64,000 nt of DNA from Lingula anatina (Eukaryota > Animalia > Brachiopoda): NCBI GenBank assembly GCA_051362555.1, contig CM120641.1, forward strand, positions 48,676,401-48,740,400. The letters are read 5' to 3'. Below the pieces are notes generated by a model. The model was not told where the DNA came from. It saw only the letters and a list, made by a program, of their open reading frames with translations, and did not search any database. The position numbers and the translations under genes were made by a program. Shown in pieces: positions 1-14,751 of this stretch. The stretch's first letter is position 1. The number at the start of each line of letters is the position of its first letter.

Positions 1-3000
1 CTTGTTGGCATTAATGTTGCCATTTTCATCAACATGGTGGGAAATGTCATCTGGTTTCACCTCAAACCCAACGATTGGGACAAGTTCTCTGGAAAAAACT
101 TTGCTTCATTATCAAACTATCAATGTTGTGAATTTCACATACATACAGTCATGGCTGCTATTATGTTAAAAATTATATGTCAAAAGTTCCTGCTTGCATA
201 ACTACGTCATTCAATATAGAATGCACCGTTTTGATTGTTTTTCGAGTTTTCTGAAGAGCGCTAGTATAAATTAGTGGACATACTTGAGGAAATCATCCAG
301 TTTGTCTTTGACTTTATTGGGATCTTCATCAAACACAAACTTCAGCTTCTCGTAGTCCTTGATAACATAAACCTGAAAACAAACAGATAACGAGTTGAAC
401 ATTTCAGTTGATTTCAGTTGATTTCAAATGGGGCTATTGAAGGACCAAGGTAATATTGGCAATAATAATTTAATAATAGATCAATATAATATCTGTATTT
501 GCACTGTCTCCTAATTAAAAGCCATCTATAAAACATGAAGAATAACATACCAAAACTTGGGCAGTGTCTCTCCTGTTCTTGGCGTCTCTGACCTGTACAG
601 AAATGTTGAAGAAGCCATTGATGAAATCGGTGAACTGAGAAAAGTTAGTTCTGATCATCCCCGTGTTCTTATCAATGATGAAAGCTGATCGGACATCGCG
701 GTTGGGTGGGTACTTGTTCCTCACATAATTAATATCTGTGATGCTGTATAGTATCTTGTCTTTACCAACTAAATCTGGGTCATGGGCATACACCTTGGTG
801 ACCTCACTGTGGTATAGCGCAGTATCCAAGACGGCTGAAACAGAAATAGTTTTTACATTGGTAATTACTACAATAAGCACAGGCCTGATGTTCTTTATGT
901 GTTAATTGTATGTGTTCATAATACAAATCATACATGTACATGTAATACTGTCCTGACAATGTTCTGAATTAAAAGCACATTTCATTTTTGAAGTATTATG
1001 TCTATTAAGTCAGGAGCAGTACACTTTGATAGAGATAGCTGCCGGTAGCAAAATATTCAAATGTTCACTGATACCAAGTATTAATCTAACCAGTATAGAA
1101 ATGGAGATGTTGGTTACATAACTTTTACCACTGACTGTAACTGACATTTAATAAGAAAACAATGTTTGCAGAAATACTAGTACTGGAAGTACTGGACCAA
1201 ACAGTTAGAGAATGCACAAATGATACTAAATCTTTAAAGCACCAAAAGTATCACTTACTTGTGGTGACAATCTTCCCAGTCCCTCTATCAAACCTCGGTG
1301 GCTCGTCATCCTCATCCAGAACATTAATGATGTACCGGATAACAGCAGATCCACTAGTAGCCACAGGTGTGTCTCGGGAAGGATCCAAGACTTGTATGCA
1401 CAGCTCATAGCTGGCTTGCAATTCACGATCTAAAATTCTCTTTGTTGCAAGCCTGCCAGAGTTGGGGTCCAGAGAGAAGACTTCAGAGTCCCCACCTGAA
1501 TAATAAAAATTCCTCATAATACATGTCTATATATACAGCAAAAAATATTTTACGATAGGAATATCTACACAAAAAGAGTAAAAATAACAAAAATTCATTT
1601 AAGAAAAAAAACATTGCATTTTATGGAAAACAGATCACTGATTGTAGCTTTTATCCTTAAAATCATAACCCTTTGACTAAAATATTCTGCCTCATCTCTG
1701 AAGATATAACAGAACTTCACTTACAAGTAATCCTGTATGCCATGACATTATTGGGACTGAGATCAGCATCGCAGCCTTCAACTATGGCGACCTCCGTCTC
1801 TGGAGGCTGGTTCTCCATTACGCTTACGGTGACTGGATCTCGCAGCTAAAGATTTAAGTCAAAACAAATTTAGCTTTTACATAATTGAGAAGAAAAAACA
1901 AACTTATCATGTGACATTCAAAATGACAATGTGACTCAAATTCATTTTCGTAAAATAAATTTAGATGTCCAGAAACTTTGTCTAATCTGATATAAATGCA
2001 CATTTAAATATATTTTATGTCCTTTGAAAACATTTGGATATCTACTGTACCAAACCAGTACCATGGCCTAAGTGTATCTCAAAAATTTGAAAATCACTCA
2101 CATCCCTGCAATCTCTGAATGTTGGCTGGTTGTCATCTAGATCTCGCAGGCGTACCAACAGACGGCGATGGGCTTCCTGGGGTGGGACGCCATTATCTCG
2201 AGCTATAACAATCAGCTGCAAAACAAGCACATGTACACTTATGTAACTGAACTCATTGCTTGATTCAACAAATATAGGAAATTCTTTAGATATGTTACTG
2301 ATTTAATTTACCATAATCGAAATTAACATATAAATTGGCTAGAGTCATATAAATATAAAAAAATTCCAAAATACCTTTTATAAATAAAATCCACAAACAT
2401 AATATTCTTATCCTTCGCATTAAATTTTAAATACTACTGAACATTCAGCAAACATTTGAACACTAATTGTAAAACGATAGTTATCATGATGGTACTTAAT
2501 TATGGTCCATAGTCGGGGGGGGGGGGGGTTCAAATGAACTGCCTTTTTTGTTGGAAAAAGGTACATTCTGGATAAAGTTTTGTCTAGGTACACGAGGGTT
2601 TCATGGGAAAAACCCAACTTTATCAGAAAAAGAAACCACCCCTTTTGAAACACCTGTCTACGGGTCTGGCATAAGCACATATAAACTACTTACCTCATAG
2701 ACCTCTTTGGTTTCCCTATCCAGCACTTTATCAGTGGTCACTATACGTCCACTAGCGGGGCCTATTCTAAAGTACTGATGGTCAGGGTGGGTGTCACCAC
2801 TGAGGAACTGGTACGTGATCACACCTGCCTCCCCACTGTCTGGGTCTGACGCAATCACCTGTGTGACAAATGTGTTGGAGGCGGTGTTCTGAAATAAAAC
2901 ACTGAATCCATTATCTGTTATCTATTGTTAACTCTATCTCACCTCCCTTCCTCAGTAATGTTGAACTGTATCCCATCTCCCTACCTCAATAATGTTGAAC

Positions 3001-6000
3001 TGTATCCCATCTCCCTTCCTCAGTAATGTTGAACTGTATCCCACCTCCCTTCCTCAGTAATGTTGAACTGTATCCCATCTCCCTACCTCAATAATGTTGA
3101 ACTGTATCCCATCTCCCTTCCTCAGTAATGTTGAACTGTATCCCATCTCCCTTCCTCAGTAATGTTGAACTGTATCCCATCTCCCTTCCTCAGTAATGTT
3201 GAACTGTATCCCATCTCCCTTCCTCAGTAATGTTGAACTGTATCCCATCTCCCTACTTCAGTAATATTGAACTTTATCTCGCCTCCCTTCCTCAGTAATA
3301 TTGAGCTGTATCCCATCTCCCTACCTCAATAATGTTGAACTGTATCCCATCTCCCTTCCTCAGTAATGTTGAACTGTATCCCATCTCCCTTCCTCAGTAA
3401 TGTTGAACTGTATCCCATCTCCCTTCCTCAGTAATGTTGAACTGTATCCCATCTCCCTTCCTCAGTAATGTTGAACTGTATCCCATCTCCCTTCCTCAGT
3501 AATGTTGAACTGCATCCCATCTCCCTACCTCAGTAATATTGAACTGCATCCCATCTCCCTACCTCAGTAATGTTGAACTCCATCCCATCTCCCTACCTCA
3601 GTAATATTGAACTGCATCCCATCTCCCTTCCTCAGTAATGTTGAACTGCATCCCATCTCCCTACCTCAGTAATATTGAACTGTATCCCATCTCCCTACCT
3701 CAGTAATGTTGAACTGTATCCCATCTCCAAACCTCAGTAATATTGAAGCGTATCCCATCTCCAAACCTCAGTAATATTGAACTGTATCCCATCTCCCTAC
3801 CTCAGTAATATTGAACTCTATCCCATCTCCCTACCTCAGTAATGTTGAACTCTATCCCGTCTCCCTACCTCACTTATATTGAAGTGTATCCCATCTCCAA
3901 ACCTCAGTAATATTGAACTCCATCCCATCTCCATATTTCAGGAATATTGAACTCTATCCCGTCTCCTTACCTCAGTAATGTTGAACTGTACTCCATCTCT
4001 TTCTGGCACCTCAAAGCGTGGCTTGCTGTCTGCAGCCAGAGATGGCCTAATGGTCACCTGGATGGTGGCGTAGTTGGACAGGGGGATGGGTGACCCCCTG
4101 TCCTCTGCCTTAACCTGAAGGATATAGGGTTGATCCCTGGCCCTCCCAGTCAGGGGTGTACCGGATGTCAGGAGACCCGTCTGGGGGTCCAGCTGGAACA
4201 TACCTGTGGATAAAACACAGTGACATACTGAGTTCAATCATGCTTAGATTTATTGGTCAAAACAACATTGGGATGACTCAACGTAGAAATTAATAAATGA
4301 ATGCATGAAAGTTGAACAAAGGAACAATCACACACACAAAAAAAATTCATTGAGCACAAAATCATTTATTTAACCTCAAACTATTGATTGATTTATAGGT
4401 AGGAACTAATAAATGATTTTAAGTTTGATTTCATTTTCAAACAACCAAACTCACCATTTTCATTCCCACTGTTGATTGTGTAGATGATTTGACCGTTGTT
4501 CCCCTCATCGTTATCCTTGGCAGACACCACGCCAATGGATCTTTGCGCCTCCAAGTTGTCGTATTTGAAGAACTGGTAAACTGACCTCTCAAATTCTGGG
4601 GCATGGTCATTGTAATCAATCACTTTTATTTTTAACTGAAAAGTAAAATATCGCATCACAGCATGCATATTGTTTTCACTTTCAGTTCACCTTTAATTTG
4701 CAATTTCAAGGTGATTGAAAAATCAAGATTAACATCAAAGATAATTTTTCACCTTTGTGCCTAAAGTAAATATGAAATGATAATCACACTTGAGCTTCTT
4801 AGAGAAAATAACTTTCTGAATTTGTAAAGAGTCACGTTTAGAAATATAACCCAAGTGCATGACATGAACCATGCGGCTACCAGTAGTTTTTTTAAAACAG
4901 AAAACAAGAAATAGTAATTACCGAGACTTCATCATTCCTGGAGGTACTGCTGCCATTAGCGTTATCTGCAGCAGACACAATCAAGGTGTATTCCTGTGTT
5001 GTTTCCCTGTCTAACGTGGCGCCATCTGCCAACCGAATTTCACCCTGAAAGATAATTTTGGCAATTCATTAAAATGTTGAGGATCTATATTAACATATGT
5101 TTAAAACATGGCCTTCAGGTATTATTCCTTAAAGTCTATGCTAAAGAAAGAAATTGACTATCCATTTTCAAGTTGTATTTTTTTCTAATTGGATTTGAAT
5201 ATATATTGTAATTGAGAGCCTGGCATTACATGTACATCTCAATACTAAATAGAAGTCAAACACTCACAGTTTGAGGGTTGATGTAAAAGTTGTCAGCACC
5301 CTGCCCTGATATACTGTAGAACACTCTGCCAAAGTCCCCGTCATCTTTATCACTGGCCTGGACTCTGCCTATGAACACGCTGTTAGGGTTCTCTGAGATG
5401 CTGAAACTGTAGCCCTAGAAATATATGGGGGATAGGGGTAACTTCTCTTCATCTTCAATCAATAACAATAATACACAGAAAGAAATGTGAGCAAGCTGTG
5501 AAAAAAAGGTCTGGCAACAAAATGAAACATCCAACTTTTCATTTTATAATGTCTACCAATTCAAAAATTGCAGACTTTAATTGCAGACTTCACTGACAAC
5601 ATACTCCATATATTTTTACTGTTATTTCAAACAATATTATCCATCCAATTAACTCACACAAAAACTTCTACTGAAATAACCCTCACATCAGCACAGCTCT
5701 AAAAAGAAACTTGATGTCATTATATTTAAAATTGTCAAGAACACTGGCAATAACATGAGTGACTTACTCTTTCCAGAAACACTGGGTTGTTGTCGTTGGC
5801 ATCGGTCACTCTTAAAATGAGTTCTGCTGTGGAAAACTGGGTGATGTTTTTCCCTATGGCCCTGACCAGAACATTCACCTCTTTACGCACCATGGCGTCA
5901 TAGTCAAGGTTTTTCTTCAGTGTTACCCTACCTACAATTAAAGGACTGAAAACTAGACAGCAAAACTGGCAAATAAACAGACACATGACTATTTACAAAC

Positions 6001-7789
6001 TGCAACAATATTTACAGAAGAAAAATGAACTAATCTAACACCCACCTGAAGCCCTGTCCACAAGAAAATAATCCAACACCCACCTGAAGTCCTGTCCACA
6101 AGAAAATAATCCAACACCCACCTGAAGTCCTGTCCACAAGAAAATAATCCAACACCCACCAGAAGTCCTGTCCACAAGAAAATAATCCAACACCCAACTG
6201 AAGTCCTGTCCACAAGAAAATAATCCAACACCCACCTGAAGTCCTGTCCACAAGAAAATAATCCCAACACCCACCTGAAGTCCTGTCCACAAGAAAATAA
6301 TCCAACACCCACCTGAAGTCCTGTCCACAAGAAAATAATCCAACACCCACCTGAAGTCCTGTCCACAACAAAATAATCCAACACCCACCTGAAGTCCTGT
6401 CCACAACAAAATAATCCAACACCCACCTGAAGTCCTGTCCACAACAAAATAATCCAACACCCACCTGAAGTCCTGTCCACAACAAAATAATCCAACACCC
6501 ACCTGAAGTCCTGTCCACAACAAAATAATCCAAGGGATCAGAACTGGGGACCTTCTCAAAGTTTGTAATCCTGCTGCCGTCACTGGGGTCAGTGGCCCCC
6601 AGGGTGGTTACCTCTGCCCCCACCCCAGTGCTGGACTCACTCAGAGAGAAGTACAGCTTGGGGTTGACCTCACTCCAGGGGGCGTCAAATGTGGGGTTCC
6701 CCCCCTGGGTCTGCTGGATGATCAGGAACACTGTCGCTGAAGACAAATGAAAGAAATACCAATTCATCAGTACATTCACTAGGGTTAATTATGTTTTGAA
6801 ATCCAAGAACAAAACACTTTGAAAATTAAATATCAGTTTAATTAGATTTATTTTATATTTATTTCTCTTCAATCTTTGGGTCTGTTAAGACTGAATGCTA
6901 TTATTTGATGTCAGTTGAAATTCATCAGCATCAATAATGACAGACATATCACTTATCACATGGAATTAACCATAATCCAAAATCCATCAAACCTATGGAA
7001 ACCTATGTCCCATCTTAAAGAACTTGAGTAGAAACACCTATGAAGTTAAGACTTGGCATCATGAACTAGGCCCCTGACTTACTATTGGCCCTTTGATCTG
7101 CTGGTTTTTCAGCATTGTAATCCTGCACCTCCACCATAAAGGTGATCTCAGCCACCTCCTCCTGGCTGTATCTATTCACTGCTGTCCTTACAGTGCCATC
7201 TCGGCTGTCTATGGAGAAATAGTTCTGAAGACACAGAATAAACTCACTGCTACAATAGACCAATATATCATAGTGGAACTGATTGATAAGGCAGGTTTTA
7301 GGACTTCTTTTCAAACTTCAGACTCCTAAAATTTAAATACCTCTTCACAAAATTTGACCCCTAAAAGTTTTTTTAGTGGTATTTTCAAAATTTGATTCCT
7401 AAAAGATTTAGTTAATCTTTCTAAAAAGTTGATTCCTTATCAACCTAAACAACACAATACTTTACCATCAAGTTGAAAGACGCCTCTTTCAGTATTTTAG
7501 AAACCTAGGAATTTATCAAAATACAATGCTGTATACTTCAAGTCTTATTCTTTGTTTTTATAACCATGCTCTCCCTTGCTATCTAAGTCCAGTACTGACC
7601 CTGAAGTTTGACGCGGTCAGTTCCCGTCCATTCCTGTCCTTGGCAGTGTAAGTGTCCTGAAGGATGGTGTAGCGGAGGTCTGCAGAACTGTCCTCGTCCT
7701 GGGCTGTCACCTGAAGGACACTGGTGCCAATGGCTGCATCTGGAAACAGCATAATTTATGTAAATTAAATCAAATGCATGAAGGAATGA

Positions 7790-7834
<45 letters not shown>

Positions 7835-10800
7835 TGTGGGGGGGTCTAGAACTGCACCCTTTTGGTCAAAAAAGGTCCACCCTTTTGGTCAAAAAAGGTC
7901 TACTCTTAATCAAAAATTGATCTTTGATTTATTTGATTTATTTCTCAATTACTGTCAATTACAGGTGTAAAAATGTCAAAATTTTGCAGAAAAAGCCACA
8001 ACCCCCTTTGAAGTTGCTGGCAACATGTAGGCCTGATGTGCTTTGTAGTATGAAAGTCACTTACTTTCCTTGACTCGACCAAGGTGCGTCTCTCTCTCAA
8101 AGTAAGGGTTTCTGTTGTTAGCATCTGCCACATAGATCTGGACAGTAGCAGTTCCAGTCTTCCGTTGTAGACCTGCATCTACTGCCAACACCTGAAGGTC
8201 AAATTAAGGTCAAGGTAAAGGTCACACATTATTCCAAGTAACTACGGACTGGTCTCAAATTTCCCAATTGGCCCAAATACATGAGAACCACATAACAGCT
8301 GATCTGAAGGCATTTTAACCAATGGCAAGACTTATACTTACAATAATACTGTATTTATCCCCGTACACATCCCTGTCCAAGTCCGCCTTGGGGGCCACGG
8401 AGAGGACACCAGACCTGGAGTCAATAGCAAAGTTGTCTTTGTGGCCAGTGAAAATGCGGTAGGTGATGTTGCCATTTTGTCCCTCATCCTGGTCTGATGC
8501 CAGCAGCCTGACAACTGGGGTGACTGGAAGACAGAGGGGGGAGAATTATTATAGGGATCATATAACAGAATAGTCATACTTAGAAGTAAAAACTCCTCTG
8601 TTGATTCACAAAAAAACAAAACTAGTTTCCCTCTTTTATATAGGATTTCTACTAGATTGTTCACTAATGCTCTGTTCAGTTACCAAGTTCTTAAAGCTCC
8701 CTCACTGCTTACCACAGACATTTCTAGGACCATATTAAGATACTTATCAGCAGCAGAGCGAGACCCTTTTCTGAGTCTTCGAGAAGACAATCAGATTTTC
8801 AAGTTTACATGGGCGGGTATTTAATTTTTCTGTTGGAAGACGGTCAAAAATGGAGGATGGATCAACAAAGATAATTTGGATGACTGTCAGAAAATATCTC
8901 TGAATCTGCCCCTACTTATGCCTACAATAAATTAATCATATCATAACTTACGTGGAGCAGTGATTTCAGTGACATTCCCAGTGTAATCTGTGGGGGAGAA
9001 CACAGGAGGGAAATCATTTTTATCCTGAAATCAAATTTGAAAATGATTCTTTAAACCAGAGTTTGGTCTGATAATAAACTTAACATCACAAATTAATCCA
9101 TATATGATAACTGGGCCAAAATATCAAGTTATACTAACTTCACCAATGGAATTCACTATACTGATTACAAACGTATTACAGAAAAGTAGTCTTGTAGATT
9201 TGAGAATGACATGGAAGACAGAATCCCAGAATATTTGCCCCCCTCACTTACTATGATGGTGACTTCCACTGTTGCCAGTGCTACCTGAGGCTGACTGCTG
9301 AGCTCTGTGGCCTGGACTGTTAACCGAAAGCTGGAAAATATGACATAAATAATAATGTAGATACATGTAGCAGAATCTGGACATTCAAACAGAAAATAAA
9401 ATCCTGCATTAGTTGTGACTGAAGCAGCACAATGGCTCACCCCTCCACATCCCACTTACATGAATTGCTCAACATTTGAAGTTCAAATTCTCTCTTACTA
9501 AACTTTCAGTTGCATGGATTTTTTTCTTACTTAAAACATCTAAAAAAAACACAAGAAAACAGTGAAACCAGCAAGCTTGTTAGAAAGTTGCAGCTATGGT
9601 GAAGAAAACGTGGAAGAAGAACCCTCTGCTTACAGTCCTGTTCCTCCAGGTGTGTCTGTCATTCTCAGTCCTCGGGTCAGTGTCAGCACCCCAGAGACAG
9701 GGTCTAACTGGAAGGCAGCATCTGCCGTGTTTCCCTGGGTGATGTTGTAACCTATGTCACTACCAGCGTCAGTGTCCTCAGCCTGGAGAGAGAAACAAGA
9801 GGTGAATAAAACATTCTTATCCTCATTTTTCATTTGTAAATACATAAAAGACTTATAAGCAGGCAATTTGTTTTTTTTAATATTATCAATATGTTTCTTT
9901 TTCCTAGAATTCATCAGTTCAAATATTTTTTCACATGTGACACATTCAACAATAAAAAATTCTTCAAATGATTATAAGATATCAAGTTTTTCACCATCAG
10001 TACTGGTTTGGACAATTACTTTAGTTATTTCCACCTCAGAAAACCCCCAAAAAAGCTAGTCATAAAATGATTATGCCTTCATGTAGCATACAGCAGACTT
10101 AACATGCCAGTGAGAGCTGTCAACAAGAAAAAAAGATTCATTATTTTATCTTACCTTGACAGTGATAGGAGGGTCCAGAGAGGTGTCATCTTCCATCACA
10201 GAGGTCCTGTATGTCCTGGTGTCAAACACAGGCGCATTGTCATTGTTGTCCAATACAGTGACATAGAGGGGGACACGGTCAAATTCTCCGCCCCCGTCTG
10301 TAGCTGTCACCTGGATGTGATAGGCCCTGACCCCAGAATCAATGGAGAGAGGAGACACTAGGGACAGGGTGCCTGAACTGGGGTTGATGTAGAACCTAGG
10401 AGACAAAAAATAACTATTAGCAAAAAAAAAAAAAATCCTTTATATTTCATTCTTTTAATAAATTATCTGCACTGTAGATTGAAAATGAAGCCTGCTGCCA
10501 AAAGGCAAGTAAAATGAGAATCATGTGTATTTCATTATTTTAATAATCTGTACAGTCGACTGAAAAAAGTGCAAAGCCAAAATATCAATCTTAAAATATG
10601 AATACTTTAAATCACTTTTCTCTGTATACCCCTCCTAATCACACTAGGTCTATAGCATAAGACTGAGAGAAAAACATCACTTACTTCTCCTGTCCATCTC
10701 CAGATATGTTGTATCTCACTTGGCCAAATATTCCAGAATCTTTATCAGAAGCCTGAAAAATAGAAATGTAGATATCAAACTTGTTAATTAAGACACAACT

Positions 10801-12628
10801 TGAGGAACTTTAAGCTATAAATCACAATATCTAAATACAGGTGGATTATTATTTTTTTTAAACTAGAATTAGGTATCACTGAAAATACAATTTTTTAGAA
10901 ATTAATACCAAGCATAAAAAACTCAATAGAAAGCAAATCCAAAATGGATTAAAAAAAAACAAAATAGAATTTAAAAGTACTAAAAGCTTGAAATTAGCAG
11001 CAGTGTCAGCACTGGACAGGAACTCACCTTTATAGTGACATCTAGTGGCACATTAAGAGGCTGGTCCTCCCTCAGCTTCAGGTCATAGATAGGACTGGAG
11101 AAGGTGGGCGAGTTGTCATTGATGTCTATTAGGTTTACTAACACAGTGGCTGTGTCAAAACTGCCGTCAAAACCCTGGGCCTTCAACTGGAAAGAAAATC
11201 AATCTTCTGACGGCAAGAAAGGTATGAAATATTACATTCCACACTTGCTTTATCATGTCGAGCAAAAGGATATCCATGAGATAGAGCAGGGCCAACCCAA
11301 ATTAAGAACTTAAAATTGAAATGCAAAGTAGAGGTATAATACTGGAATAGAGATAAATGAACATGTAATAGCATCATGCAAAAATCCTTAACTGTGTCTG
11401 CACATAGATGGCTAAGTTTTAGTGATACGTAAGTAACTAAAAACTAAAAAAGCCTCAAATAATAAATGTAAAAGGTGAGCCCCCAACAGAGAAAACCTTC
11501 TTGATGACTACTTCCTTTTATTCAAAAAGCCATTGAAAATTGTATGCTGGAAGTTTTACCTTAAGAATTTTTTCAGTGGACATATAAAAATTGCCAGCCA
11601 CATTGGAAATTTCAGACATGTCCCTTTACCCCAAAATTTGCAGAATTTACTACAACTGTACCAGGTTTCATGCTTGTAGGTCAAAATGTACAATTCACCT
11701 CTTTTACACCATATTCCTATGCTATTACTAGCGATTTCCTAAAAAACTCACCACAATCTGCTGATTGCGGAATCCCCTTGTCTCGCTATCATAGTCCATA
11801 TTATCCTCATTGGCCACAATAAGCGTTGGTCTGGCCTCGCGTTGCTGGGTCTCCACAGGTGATAGTGAAAACGTGCCGTACGGGTCCTGCAGGATGCTGA
11901 GGTTAAATCTGGCATTGGAACCCTGGGAAGACATAGAGAGCATTAACAGACAAGAAAATTGTGTGACATTTCAACAATGCATAGTTACGTTATATGATAA
12001 TCAACAGACTACACAGATGCATTTCCATTAGAAACACATTGTAACTGTTGCACAAACAGGCAAAAATATATATTACATTATAAGCTCTGTTATATATATA
12101 TATATATACAAAGTGACTCAAAACTTTCCTTAATTTAGTTAAATGGCAACCGTATAGAACTATGGCCAGATGCATTGCCTTTTCAATAGGAATCATACAG
12201 TTAATACCACTTCAGACTTCAGTTTCATACAAGGCAAGGCCACCCACCTGGTCAGCATCGGTCACTCTGATGTCCAGATTGGGCAGTGGAGTATTCAGCC
12301 TCAAGCCCTCCGTCACATTGACCACATAGACCTCATAGTCAAACTGTGGCCTGTTGTCATTCAGATCCACTACCTGCACCATGATTGTAGTATTGACATG
12401 GGTGGATATCTCTACTCCATTCTCCATCTCCACAGCCTGCCAGGATAAACTGTCATTAGTAATAGCATATTAATAGTGGTTGTCAAGACTTAAGAAACAC
12501 TATCTCTCTGACCACTAGATAAATTTAAGTTGCCAACTACATTTACATTCTCTGCATCTTTTATAAATTCATAACTATAAAGAACATTGCATATTTCATG
12601 ATATAGTATTTACCTTAAAACCATTTCT

Positions 12629-12667
<39 letters not shown>

Positions 12668-14708
12668 TTTTAGTATGATTTTGTTATATAAGTGATGGAA
12701 ATGAAGAGTTGTATGGAGCCTACCTGAGCAAGAATCACGTAGTTACTTGATGTCCCTAACTTCTCGCGGTCTATCCTGCCTGAAGACTTGACCACCGCGG
12801 AGTACCTGCTGCCCTCTGGTGTACCTTGCTGCAGAGTAAAGAAACCCAGCGGATCTGGAATGACAGGCACATCCATTGGACTATCTGGTCAGCTTCTTTA
12901 CAAACAGTAGTGCGTTAACTGATTTTTGACTTTGTATACATGCGCACACTCACACAGTCCTCACACACATGCATACACACACACACATACATACATGCAC
13001 CCACACAAACACACTGGGATTTAATTCATGATCTATTATAACCCAGTTATGAAAGCAATTGTAACAGCTGAATTCCTTGTTTAGAATGCCACAGACTAGT
13101 CCAAAGGTTTACCATGGGCGGAGGCTGACTTCTGGGTCTTTCAGAAAACCATCAGAATTTTACAAGTTTAAGTTGACAGGTATCTAATTAATTTCTGTTG
13201 GAGAAGGGTCAAATATGGAAGATGCATCAAAAAAGATCATTTGGAAAACTGTCAGAAAATATCTCTGGATCTGCCCCTGTCACTATACTATATACTTACC
13301 TGATATGAGTTTGATGTTAAGTGGGTTAGGGTTGCCCAAATCCTGATCTTCAGCATATAAAGTATAAATACTGGTCCCCTGTAAAAATACAGAATTCACA
13401 TCAAATAGACATCCAGGCACTTCATCCTTATATAAAAAAGTCCAAGCTGGCCTTCCTATTTTAAAGAAGATAATAAGAGATGTTAGTTATAACTACTTCC
13501 TATTCTCAGGGTACAATGTCACCACTCTTAGCTTCAGATTTTAGCAATCTATCTTATTAAATGGCAGTAAATAGTCTGCTTTTATGTCAGGGCCTTTTGT
13601 TAAATAATTGTGCCATGCAATCACAATATTTTTCAGGTCAAATAACATGTTCTGGAAAAACCACACCCTCAAGCACTATGCTATGTTGATATGGCGATAT
13701 AGTTTGAACATATTTTTTTTCATTTGCATTCAGATGATAAGACGTATAAAAATACTTCAAAATGTTTGAGTGAATTATTTCAATAAATTATATGATATCT
13801 AACATATTTGTTTCAAATGATCTACTTACAGCTGGGGCATTCTCTGTCACATTGAAGGTAATAGGGGTGTTGAAGAATCTAGGCAATGAATCTTGGACAT
13901 CTTCAACTTCAATGACAAAATTCTTGTAATCTTCATGTACGCCATCCTAATCATAATGATATCATTTTATTACCAGAGAATCACAATATATACTGTGCAT
14001 AGCGATTTAAGCAACAATGTGAAATATAAGAAATGGAAACCGGAGTAACGAAGTGATTTCTTCAGCTCTGTTATGCAATCAAAGATACTAGCACTATGAT
14101 AGATTATACAAACAAACAAAGTAACAAATAAATAACAGCTCAAGACTAAAAGGGAACTTGATATAAGACTGAGTATTTTTAGGCACATACTTCTTGAATG
14201 CTAGACAATATTGAGGGTTTGTCTTTTTTTTTCTTTTTTTCAAGTTAAGTTAGTGCATAAGACTAAAAATTAAGTGTTAATCTTGTGGTGAATAATATAT
14301 ACAAGTACATCTTGCTGGGACATGTACATGAGTATCTTAGACACACTATTTTGAAGCAATTCCAACAACAATGAGGCTCACATTTCATGGTTCTTTAAAA
14401 TACCAATAATTATCAGTTATAACTGACTGTTTATTTACCGTAGCACGCATTGTGAGGGTATAACTTCTCTTGGTCTCAAAGTCCAGGGGTTTATTGAGAG
14501 TTATCTTCGCCAGGTACACCCCCGTGTCCACCTTAACTTCAGTGACATTGAACATCTGGCACGCTTCATAGGCCTAAAACAACAAGTTACATGTACATAT
14601 GAATGTTAAGTGTTTAGTCTCATTCTCATTATTACATACAATTTTAAAACAAAGGTGATGTAATAATTCCATATCTTTCAACAGTCTTTTTTTTACCAAT
14701 TTAACAGA

Positions 14709-14751
<43 letters not shown>

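Noticed and set aside
2930-3995. CRISPR-like appearance of the 34-bp (and 38-bp) repeats
   Set aside because: Units are contiguous with no unique spacers, there are no cas genes, and the context is a eukaryotic intron
5989-6779. Three overlapping 169-249 aa ORFs as independent genes
   Set aside because: They are by-products of a stop-free 38-bp minisatellite; only 6738-6503 is clearly cadherin exon
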